This document shows positions 51,607-64,000 of a stretch of DNA of 64,000 bases, piece by piece. Under the pieces are notes generated by a model. That model was not told where the DNA came from. It did no database searches and saw nothing but the letters and a program-made list of their open reading frames with translations. Numbering within the stretch: the first letter of the stretch is position 1; the number at the start of each line of letters is the position of its first letter. Both the position numbers and the translations under genes were made by a program. Origin of the DNA: the human T2T-CHM13v2.0 reference genome, Homo sapiens; the NCBI RefSeq assembly GCF_009914755.1, contig NC_060932.1; one strand, written 5' to 3'.

Positions 51607-51899
51607 TTTTTTTTTTAATTTCGAGATGGAGTCACTCTGTTGCCCAGGCTGGAGTACAGTGGCATGATCTGGGCTCACTGCAACCTCCGCCTCCCGGATT
51701 CAAGCGATTCTCCTGCCTCAGCCTCCTGAGTAGCTGAGATTACATGCTCCCGCCACCACACCCAGGTAATTTTTGTATTTTTAGTAGAGACGGGATTTTA
51801 CCATATTGGCCAGGCTGGTCTCGAACTCCTGACCTTGTGATCCACCCGTCTCGGCCTCTCAAAGTGGTGAGATTACAGGTGAGAGCCACCACGCCTGGC
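51607..51899 (-). mobile_element. AluSg-like
   Basis: 'gccaggctggtctcgaactcctgaccttgtgatccacc'. Confidence 0.88.
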
Positions 51900-53180
51900 A
51901 ACTATCAGAAATTTTTATACCATGTCACTTGAATGCTTCACTTGTTTCCATACTGTCTTTCAAAAAGCATAGATTGCTATAATAAATAAGTACTTATGCT
52001 TGTATATGTATACATATATGTATATGTGTATATTTTATATACAGATTTCATAATATCTGACAAACCTGACTTTTTGTGTACGTGACATATTTTATATAGA
52101 ATATTGGAATAACAGTTGCTATTTAAAATATTGTGTATTTTGATTGTTAAAAAAAGTTTCTTGAAAAGGAGTTGCTAAAAAAATAAAGTAAATATTGCAT
52201 AGTTCAAAAATATAATGCATTGCTGATTATAAACAAAATAAATGATAATTTTAATAAAATGAAAGCAGATACAATAATATTTATACTTTATAAAGATAAT
52301 TATATAATAACTCAATATAATAATTGTACTTTAGTGTAACTAATGATATATCAGTCATATATTTACTGATTCAATCCTCACAATCATGCTATGCAGTTTT
52401 ACTATTTTTTCAAATTTTGTATTTATTTTTAATTTTTTAATAGGTATAATAACCAAAGTTCAGAATAACTAGATAATTTATTCTGGGTTACATACTAGTG
52501 GATCGAGAATTTGAACTCAACTTTATTTGATACTAAAACCTAAGTACTTCCCGCTATGCATTTCTATCCCTCACTATTCTTTCAGTGCAGTAGATTGAAA
52601 ATAATGTAACAACACTTTCACACATGACTGCTTAACCTGTGTTGAAAGTTCACCTGGCATTAATCACTTTTTCTTACCTATTAATGCATTTGATTCAAAT
52701 CTATAAGCTGCCTATCTGACTGTCTAACTTCCTCAGCTCTTTCTGATTTTGTTATAAAAGGAAACTAATGGGGCGTCATGTTCCCTGAAGAAGAGTTGCC
52801 ATCACCAGAGAAATATAATTTTAATAAACTTTCTGAAGTGGAAAATTCCAAGATGCTTTAACTTTTACTAAAATTATTTATTTATTTATTTGCCTTAAAA
52901 TGTAGCTCCAACCCAATGACTGAATAGGGAAGTAAAGGAGAACATAGGCGACGTCACGAACAATAGATTCTTTCCAGACACTCCCCAATAAATGAGCAGG
53001 CAAAAAGCACGTATCCCCTGAGAGTTAGACCAGGCACTCTTGTGATGACATTGAAAAGACGTGTGGCACCGCTTCTCAGAAAGCCTTCTTCTATAACTGC
53101 TTTCAGGCTAGACGGAGTGCCAACATCCAACTATGTCTTGCCTAATTCTTACTCTTTGAGATGTACTTTCTGGCCGAATA

Positions 53181-53514
53181 CAATCATCCCTTGATATCTG
53201 TGGGGAATTGTTTCCAGGAATCCCTGTGGATATAAAAATCCATGGATGCTCAAGTTCCTGATATAAAATGGTGTAGTATTTGCATATAATCCACACACAT
53301 CCTCCCATACGTATACTTTAATCATCTCTAGACTATTTCCAATGCATAACACCATGTAAATGCTATGTACACAGTTGTTATGCTGTATTGTTTAGAGAAT
53401 AAAGACAAGAAGTCTGTACATGTTCGGTACAGACACAATATTTTTCCACATATTTTTGGTTGCCATTTAGTTGAATCCACGGATGCAGAACCCATAAATA
53501 CAGAGGGCCAACTG
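53181..53514 (+). mobile_element. MER2 MITE
   Basis: 'ta|caatcatcccttgatatctgtgggg...tataaaatggtgtagtatttgcatata...gagggccaactg'. Confidence 0.88.
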
Positions 53515-55791
53515 TGATGTCCTTGCTATATGTCTTTAATATTTAGATATCTTAATTTTATGTGAGGTTTCTCAAAGTCCAGCCCAAATCAACTAGGAGG
53601 AACTTAAATAGGCATCACAGAATCAGTGCTTTAATTATTCTGCATCTGTTGCTCCATTCAATGTTACAGTGGGTGACTCACAGACCCCTTAGCTGTCCAC
53701 GTACTCTAAACATGCTATAGTTTTAATCACAGGCACAAGTGGTCAACACTACACCCAAAATCAAACTCAGCCGTGAAATTTCACAGTATATATTGAATTG
53801 TGATGAAATGCAACATATTAGTTTTTGTCTATTTTATTATAGCGATTCTGTCTAACTACAAATGATACTTGAACTAATATGTTAGGAAAAATGGTGTGAT
53901 GTTTAACAGAACCTTGTTAATGGTTATTAATTTTTTTCCGTTAAACTATAATAGATTATAATAAAATAGTTGATTATTATTAATTATGGAGTCATCTTTT
54001 TAGTCTTGACATTTCTAAATATTTTCTAATATCTCTTGAAATAATGTCCAAGTCTACCTTTATCAGCTGTGGAATCTAGGCAAGATTCCAGTTGTCTTTA
54101 TGGTCTTTCTTGTTAAAAAAATATTGAAAGTAGATTTTAACAACTAACTTGAAGAGGATTATCTATAGTCCCGAGAAGATCGAGAATATAGAAATCTCAT
54201 TAAATGGTTCTGTTTCTACTTAGTCTATATTACATATGAATGCAGTTTAATAGAGCAGTCAGTCTTTCCTTGTGGAATATAGACTTTGTTCTGCGTATTA
54301 GGGCTGAAGTGTTACAAACATAAACCAGCATTCTACCGGACTGCTTTTGCTCAATTGTGACATTATTCTAAGATTTGCCAAAGAAAAAAACTTTAGTAAT
54401 CATAGTAAAATTGAGAATGTTTGTCTGGTTTCCAGCTATCTAGGTTAAATCTCAGGATGTCTGTGAGACAGCATCTGTATCAAAACATGTTTCTGCCTGG
54501 GCAGCCAGTAACATCCAATAGGGAGGAGAGACCCAATTATCTTGTATGTCCAGATGGCTATATTTGGGATTGGTTTCTGCCTCAAAGGTGTTTTTCCAGC
54601 CTATAAGACTGTTTTGGGGAAACCTTAAACTCATTTTCAGAATTGTAATGTAATTTGAATGGGACATTGCTCTTACCTGTGCCTAGATCAGGAACCTTAT
54701 GATGGCAGGAGTCCATCTTCATCTTGTTAGCCCCAACACGTCACACAAAGTTTTTCATTTCTGTGAAGTTGGTAAACTATGTGTTGCATAAATATGAAAG
54801 GTTATTTTGAATGGAGAAAGAGTCCAGTCAGCCCAATCAATCTTTCACTTAAAATCATTTCTTGCCTGCTTACTGTGGGACAGGCTCCATGCCAGGCACA
54901 GGGCACACGATGGATAAAACAGACGTCGTGGTGTCTCACATGTTGCTTGCAGTGCCCAGCACTTTCTCAAAAGGATCCTGAAAAGTCGTGTCCAAAATCA
55001 AGAGGTCCCTCTGATTTTCAAGGCTGGCTCTCAATGTGGCTGTGGGTTGCTCCCTACTCATTGCTCAGATTGAAATATAAACCAGACATGATATTGGGCT
55101 GTGAATTTTGAAGGGGAAAGAAATATTAGCAGAGTCTCCAGGGCCATTAGTGCCATAGGATAGAATGCTCAGGGAGAGCTATGCTGTCAAATGAAGACCT
55201 TTGAAAGATGCTGTTTAGGTGCTGCTTTATCTTACCTCCAGCACCAAGGGCAGGGCATGGTAGTTTCGCATACTTTCAAGCAAGGGTTCACAGAGCCTAT
55301 TTTTCAGGCACCCTAGCTATGAGCAATCACTCCTTTGCATTTAGTATTTGTCTCTGACCTATTGACTTCTGAATATCCTCCCCTGATTCAATTGTTCCAT
55401 TTGGCTTATGAACTAAAAATCAAAAAGGCTATCAGAAATTTGCTAACATTTCTCTCTTTCTTTTACTTTCTGTCTCTATTTTTTTTTTTGCAACTGGAGA
55501 ATGCTGTAAGTACTGTTGGCATTTGATCAGTTAGAAAAGTCTGCTGATTTGGTTAAGTGAGTTAAGCTGCTGCAATTTCGCCTTCGTTCCCTCTCTTTAG
55601 CTTCATTTGCTCTAACTGTGGCTTTACCATGAGCATGCACAACCTGAACAGACGTTGCCAATTTCCTGACACCACTTTAATATAAATGAATCCTATACTG
55701 TTATATGGTGTTAAATGCTCAGCTTAGACCAAATAAAAAATACAAAATCATAGGGGTAAATAAATTCCTATGGTATATTTCAGAATACTTA

Positions 55792-55988
<197 letters not shown>

Positions 55989-56070
55989 GTTTCTAAATAA
56001 ATAAAGTATTTTGAAGTAAGTATTTTTATGTAAAAATTCTAAATTGACAGAAGGGAAAACTAAAAACCAA

Positions 56071-56644
56071 TGATAACAAGAAAGTGACTGAGGCAGGTCT
56101 CAATTAGCAGAGGTTTATTTAGCCAGGGGAGAGAAGAAAAACACAAGTCACAGGATCATCTGTGACCTGTGCATTTTTCAAAGGGGCTTTTGGGAACTTT
56201 GTTATTTAAAAGGGAAAGAGCAAGCAGGAGGGAAAAAAGGGATGGAGGGTAGGTAGTGAGGAAAGTGGTTGCATTGTTGTGAGGTTCTGATGAGCCTCAG
56301 TAAATCTACATTTTACATGTGAAAAGAGGGAGTAGAGGAAAAAAATCTAGTATGTATTCGTCTTAGGGTAGGTGGAGGGATGATTTCTGGTCTTGACTTT
56401 AACCTGTACCTGGGAAGATAAGCTGATAATTGACATTGTCAGGGTGAGATTCAATGGAACTCACTAGTTTATGGGGGGTGAAATATGTTTCCTGAAAAAT
56501 TTAGGGGCTATGCCGCAGGGTTGTCAAATTACATCTCTCTGTTAGGGAACAAAAGGGAGGCAGCATTGCATGACTCAGTTCCCAAGCTTAATTTTCCTTT
56601 TAGCATAGTGAGTTTGGGGTCTCAAGATTCTATTTTCTTTTACA
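56071..56644 (-). mobile_element. MER4-family ERV1 solo LTR
   Basis: Reverse 'tgtaaaagaaaatagaatcttgagaccccaaactcactatgctaaaaggaaaattaagcttgggaactgagtca'. Confidence 0.75.
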
Positions 56645-57003
56645 CAAACTAGACCTTATAACTGAGAAATAATAAAGATTTATAGGTGCTAAAATTATTG
56701 AGAAAAGTTATTTTAAAAATTTGAACAAAAATAGCCTCCTGGGATACTACGTTTTGGGATTGCTATAGGTGAAATACAATGAAGATTTTACATATTTGGA
56801 ACAATCTTATAAGAAAATAACAAAGAATGTGGGGATTAAATTGAAAGCCAAAGTAATTGAGTCAAAATCTTATTTCCAGATGTGACAGTGTCTTTTCCTG
56901 TTGAGCAAAAAGCCTTAGGTCCCATGTTGGCATTATTAGTCATTTAAGAACACACAAACGGATCATGTAAAAGCGATGTTAGTCAGTGAAAATTTGCTAA
57001 TAG

Positions 57004-57953
57004 TGAAGCAGGATATTTCCCTGACCCCTTCATGGGATGACAGGGGTGCCTTGTTTACTCAGCCCGCAGTCTCAACTCCTTGTGGGAGAGAGTGCTCAAG
57101 CAAACAAGTATGGGAACTGGGGTGAAGGAGCGCTGGAACCAGCTGGCTGCTTTGGCGGAGCGGGATCAAACTCCACTGACTTGGACCCGCTGCATTCTAC
57201 CCCTCGTGGGAGAGAGAATGCAGGTGAGCAGGTGCAGGAACTGGCCAGATGCTTTAGCACCGGCAGGAGAACTCCATGCAGGCCCTGTGGCAGTGTCCTG
57301 GCAGGGGTGCCTGGGATTCCCAAAGCCCCAGAGGGTGTGTTACAGTGCTCTTTTAGCTCTGCTGTCTGAGGATAGCATAAGTGTGACCAGCTCAGTGAGC
57401 CCTTTGCCTTTTGTGTGGGCAGCTGCCCTCTGCCAGTAAGGACAAAGGGCCAGTGTGACAGCCTTTTGTATCTGCACTCTTGGCAACCAAGCTCTTATCA
57501 AGCATCCAGGAAAAACGAGGTTGCATGAATGAATTGAAGGATGGTAAATGCAGGAGATTTTATTGCCAATGAAAGTGGCTCTCAGCACTGAGGAGCTGAA
57601 GGAGAGCTGAAAAGGTGATGGGGCAGGTAGGTAATCTTCCCCTGAAGTACGGTCATCTCTGGTTGGATTCTACTCTGAAACTATGCCCTCAAGCTGTCCT
57701 TCTAATGTCAAGCCACCTCTCTCTGATGTCCAGCCCTAGTTCTGTCTACTGGCTGAGTCTGGGGTTTCTATATATACAGGATGGGGTAGGGCAGGGCCAT
57801 GGGTGCTTTATGAAAAGGCAACATTCAAGCAGGTAAGCAGGGATATAAGTTCTCACTTCGGGCTGCAGTTTCAGGCTTTTTGGCCTGAGGGTGGAGTTTC
57901 ACCGGGAACCTGCCCTCTTCTGCCTAGAATTTCTCTGCCCCCTGTTTCTATCA
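57004..57953 (-). mobile_element. ERV1 solo LTR (LTR27/LTR28/MER52 group)
   Basis: Reverse starts 'tgatagaaacagggggcagagaaattctaggcaga' and ends 'ggtcagggaaatatcctgcttca'; TSD atag/ataa. Confidence 0.75.
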
Positions 57954-58349
57954 ATAAGGCAGGACTCCGAGGCAATGGTCTGTACTGTGAGGTTCCAGGC
58001 TATTTTGGAATCTAGATTTCTAAAGGCTCTTGGCTTTGCTGACTCATGCCCTTCCTTTCTCTGAAAACTGATTTACTAGCTCACTCTTAACCTATTGCGA
58101 TGTTTCTCAGCAATGAAGAATTGAGATTAAATAAAGTAGGTAGTTAAAAAACAAAAAGCAAAGTTGGTAGCAAAGTAGAAGAAAAACCCAAAGGCATCTT
58201 AAGAGAAAAGGAAATTTATATGAGCAGAGGTAACGTTGTAATTTGAAAACTATCTATAATTTAGCACCAATGACCAATTCACCATGTTTATGTGTCCCTT
58301 TCTATGTGTACCAAATGCTTTGGAACTTTTCTTATTAAAAGTAGGTGGA

Positions 58350-59992
<1,643 letters not shown>

Positions 59993-61395
59993 TTTGTTTA
60001 AAGTATGTGGAAGGCAAGTCTATAATAACATATTTTTTCATACTCTGAAGAATAAGCAAACATTGATGCCTGTTAGGAACATAATGTTTATAGAGAAGGG
60101 TGTGTGATTTACTTCTGCCTGTAAAAATGATTTCAGTCTAATGTTGTCACTGTTTCCTAACAGACAGCAAGTGAACCTCAGGGAACTATTTTCACATAAG
60201 CTAATTCAAGGAACATTGTCCATACTCTGGTTTCTTTGTAAATTTCCACAGTAAATCAAGCAATTTATACAATTAATGAGGTTTTTTTTTCTTCTTAGTG
60301 TCCTGTACCAATAATTATTTTTATCTTTCAAAAACTGTTATTGAAGTGCTATATGAAAATAACCTCCACATAAATTGCTGAAGAATTTTGAATGAAGACT
60401 AGAGAGGATCAGTCTAAATCCCAGTTTTATAAAAAAGTATAAAGATCAAGCTCAGAAAGAAATAATGTTTTTTTCTTGTCAGATTCTACATTATCTATTC
60501 AACTCATTCTAGTAAAGGATATATCAACGCAGATGTCAGGAAAGGAAGCAGAGAGAGAAGGATAGTTTGCATAATAGTCAACAATAAGGAATGCAACTTA
60601 TTTTGTTTTAGGATGTTTCATTATTGATTTATTGCCCTGTTGCTTTATTTACCTATCTTAATTGAGTAAAACAAACTAGATCCATTTTAAAGTATCAGGT
60701 TCTCATTTTGTCATATCTTTTATCAAATGATCATTTCACTTTCTTTATTTGATTTTAATTAATCAAAGTTTCTTGAAATTCAGTTCAACTTAGTGTTCAT
60801 GGAAACTCAAAGACAGTGTAGTATAGGTTACTCTGTGTTTAATTATATCATACTCTGGTTGAGAAAAAGTGAACTAGTGCCAAGAAAGCTTTGGTCAGCA
60901 AAGAATCCATAGAAGAGAATGAAATAATTGTCTTATGAAAATGTTTCAGTTTTGGGATATAACCTGGTGGAACTGCTAGGGATGGGAATATTGAGTTGAG
61001 GAAGCATGAGTTCCAAAGTCTGTGGCTGAAGTTCACAGTAGGGAACGCTCACCTCTGAACACTGTATTTTAAGGGAGCAAGGATGGCTGCAAAATAGGGG
61101 CCTTGCAACAGACTCGGTCTTCTGGAAGAAACTGGGTATTGTTTCAGTGGGAATGTCTGTAAATTGGGGATGGAGTCTAGTAAATACAATTTCATGGAGT
61201 CTTAATGTTACTTTTGGTGTTTCCATAATCATGTTTCAAAATGTGCAAAATTCCATTGTAAAATGACTCTGTATTGCTTGAGAGAAATCTATTGAGGATA
61301 AATGATGAGTACACTTATGTAAATCATTTTGCTTTTGATTACCTTTTCAATGAAAATTTAAGAGTTACGTTGGGACATAATTTGTTGAAGTTGCC

Positions 61396-61889
61396 TGTTG
61401 GGAACAGGCCCCAAATCTGGCCATAAACTGGCCCCCAAACTGGCCATAAACAAAATCTCTGCAGCACTGTAACATGTTCATTGGCCATGATGCCCATGCT
61501 GAAGGTTGTGGGTTTACCAGAATGAGGGCAAGGAACACCTGGCCCATCCAGGGCAGAAAAACTGCTTAAGGCATTCTTAAACCACAAACAATAGCATGAG
61601 CGATCTGTGCCTTAAGGACATGTTCCTGCTGCAGGTAACTAGCCAGACCCATCCCTTTATTTCACCCCATCCCTTTGTTTCCCATAAGAAATACTTTTAC
61701 TCTATAATCTATAGAAACAATGGTTATCACTGGCTTGCTGTGAATAAATATGTGGGTGAATCTCTGTTCGAGGCTCTTGGCTCTGAAAGCTGTGAGACCC
61801 CTGATTTCCCACTCCACACCCTATATTTCTGTGTGTGTGTCTTTAATTCCTCTAGCGCTGCTGGGTTAGGGTCTCCACGACTGAGCTGG
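61396..61889 (+). mobile_element. MER9 5' LTR of HERV-K(HML-3)
   Basis: 'tgttgggaacaggccccaaatctggccataaactggcc...gggttagggtctccacgactgagctgg'; AATAAA near 61743. Confidence 0.88.
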
Positions 61890-62022
61890 AGGCTCGAACC
61901 CAGGTTGAAGGGCTTCTGGAGCGATGGTTGGAGAACGTGGAACTAAGCTGGAGGACACCCGAGTACTCTTAAGCAGTCCCTGTGGTGAGTAAGAAGGGGA
62001 GCTTGGAAGCATCAGAGTAACA

Positions 62023-63422
62023 ATGAGACAAGTGTGGGCTCTGGTTCATTCCACCTTGGAGACTTTTCACACTGATGATGAGGAGGAAGGAAAGTATAAT
62101 GAAGTAACAGAAGAGGTGACAGAGCAGTTTTGTTTGCCAGCTAAAACTAAAGCAGCAAAGGAGGAAGAGGTTCATCCCTACTCTTCTGCACCCCCTCCTT
62201 ATTTTGAAGAAAAAGAGTGGCCTGAGCCTCCAGATCTTTCTTTTCTGGAGACACTGGGCAAAAAGTAGTTGCCCCAGTGACTGTTTGAGCAGCGCCTCGA
62301 GCGGCCACTCTCAGTTCTATCAGGCAGGAATTCAGCAAGCTAGATGAGAGGGTGATTTAGAGACTTGGCAGTTCCCTGTTAGAATACACCCCCCAGATCA
62401 ACAGGGAAATATTATAGCTACATTTGAGCCTTTTCCTTTTAAATTACTTAAAGAGTTTAAATAGGCTATTAATCAATATGGACCAGGTTCTCCTTTTGTA
62501 ATGGGAGTTAAAGAATGTTGCTGTTTCCAGTCGGATGATTCCTACTGACTGAGATGCTCTTACTCGAGCTTGTCTAACTCCTGCTCAGCTATTATAATTT
62601 AAAACTTGGTGGGCAGATGAAGCTTCCATTCACGCTGCTTGCAATACCCAGGCCCAACCTCAAATTAATATAACTGCAGACCAACTTTTGGGGGCTGGCA
62701 GCTGGGCTGGTTTAGATGCACAAGTGGTCATGCAGGATGAAGCCATAGAACAGCTTAGAGGAGTGTGCATTAGAGCACGGGAAAAAATCACTTCAGGAGG
62801 ACAGCAATACCCTTCCTTTAGTGCTGTAAGGCAGTGACCAAAAGAACCGTACGCAGATTTTATAGCTCGGTTACAGGAGTCTCTTAATAAGGTGATTGCA
62901 GATTCAGCTGCTCAGGATATCGTGTTGCCATTATTAGCTTTCAACAATGCTAATCCCAATTGCCAGGCTGCTCTGCGACCTATTAGAAGGAAAGCACATT
63001 TAGTTGATTATATCAAGGCCTGTGACAGTATCAGAGGCAATCTGCATAAAGCTACTTTGTTGGCACAGGCTATAGCAGGACTGAAAGTGAGTAAAGGAAA
63101 TACTCGGTTTCCTGGAGCTTGTTTTAACTATGGGAAGCATGGTCATACTAAAAAAGAATGTAGAAAAAATCAGCGAGTCAGGCCACCAGGTAGGGGAAAA
63201 AAGAAAACTGCTAAGCCTGAAATATGTCCAAAATGTAAAAAAGGAAAACACTGGGCTAATCAGTGTCACTCTAAGTCTGATAAAGATGGGAACCTCATTT
63301 CGGGAAACGCCATGAGGGGCCCGTCCTGGGACCCATTCCAAACTGGGGCATTTCCAGATCAGGCCATTCCCTCACCCCTGTACAATGTCTGTCCCCTGCC
63401 ACAGCTGGTAGTGCTGCAGTAG
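62023..63422 (+). pseudogene. gag: HERV-K(HML-3) gag, disrupted by stops and frameshifts
   Basis: MRQVWALVHSTLETFH..., late domain SSAPPPY, major homology region VRQ*PKEPYADFIARL (about 62826-62873), knuckles CFNYGKHGHTKKEC and CPKCKKGKHWANQC. Confidence 0.9.
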
Positions 63423-64000
63423 ATTTATGCTGCACAAAAGCTGTGAGCCTTCTGCCTGGGGAACCCCCACAAAAAAGTCCAACAGGAGTCTGTGGACCCT
63501 TGCCAATGAGGACGATAGGACTACTTCTAGGCAGGTCTAGTTTAAATTTAAAAGGGTTACAAGTAGAAACAGGAGTCATCGATTCAGATTACAATGAGGA
63601 AATTCAAATTGTTATACCTACTGTTCCCTGGAAAGCAGAGCCAGGAGAGTGTATAGCACAGCTCCTGATTGTGCCGTATGTGGAAATGGGGAAAAGTGAA
63701 ATTAAATGAACAGGAGGATTTGGAAGCACAAATAAACAAGGCAAAGTAGCTTATTGGGTGAATCAAATTACTGATAAACCCCTACCTGGGAAATAACTAT
63801 TCAGGGAAAGAAATTTAAAGGTTTCGTAGATACTGGAGTGGACATTCAATCATTTCTCTACAGCACTGGCCGTCCATGTGGCCAATGCAACCCACTCAAT
63901 TTAATATAGTTGGAGTTGGTAAAGCCCCTGAAGTATATCAAAGTAGTTATATTTTGCATTGTGAAGGGCCTGATGGGCAATCTGGGACTATTCAACCAAT
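63302..64000 (+). pseudogene. pro: HERV-K(HML-3) pro (dUTPase-protease), disrupted, truncated by window end
   Basis: Slippery GGGAAAC at 63302; dUTPase motifs GSAAVDL, GRSS, GVIDSDY, IAQL, GGFGST; aspartic protease DTG at 63829-63837; in-frame TGA at 63707 and later frameshifts. Confidence 0.9.

Noticed and set aside
50249-53514. Two MER2 copies as a local duplication
   Set aside because: Their internal 3' halves and flanks differ, so they are independent insertions.
54677-54760. 84-nt minus-strand exon-like segment (cttcacAG...CAG/GTAAGA)
   Set aside because: Stops in all three frames and it appears to overlap an L2 tail; at best a cryptic non-coding exon with no further support.
57037-58015. 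Cluster of overlapping ORFs in a GC-rich stretch
   Set aside because: Explained by the GC-rich LTR28-like element, which has low stop-codon density.

Overview
This is primate, almost certainly human, AT-rich non-coding genomic DNA; it carries an AluYa5 with all five diagnostic changes. I find no credible intact protein-coding gene, RNA gene, CpG island or CRISPR array. Roughly half or more of the window is interspersed repeat: old L1M fragments, L2/MIR, about 11 Alu/FLAM/FRAM copies, several DNA-transposon relics, and many ERV/MaLR LTRs. The LTR set includes a two-LTR internally deleted MER4-group provirus at 17.1-20.4 kb and the 5' part (LTR-gag-pro) of a defective HERV-K HML-3 provirus that runs off the right edge. 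Repeat subfamily names come from my recall of consensus sequences and need RepeatMasker/Dfam confirmation. The strongest structure not explained by repeat annotation is a set of local template-switch scars: a 127-bp inverted copy of 12118-12244 inserted into a (GT)n tract at 13984-14110, a second ~125-bp inverted copy inside an L1 at 9603-9727, and a micro dup-inv-dup at about 50368-50402. Other leads are a new splice donor at the end of a TATA-retaining 3' LTR, candidate microexons on both strands, and TF-motif clusters in unique DNA. I cannot support a new biological system from sequence alone; these are testable hypotheses.
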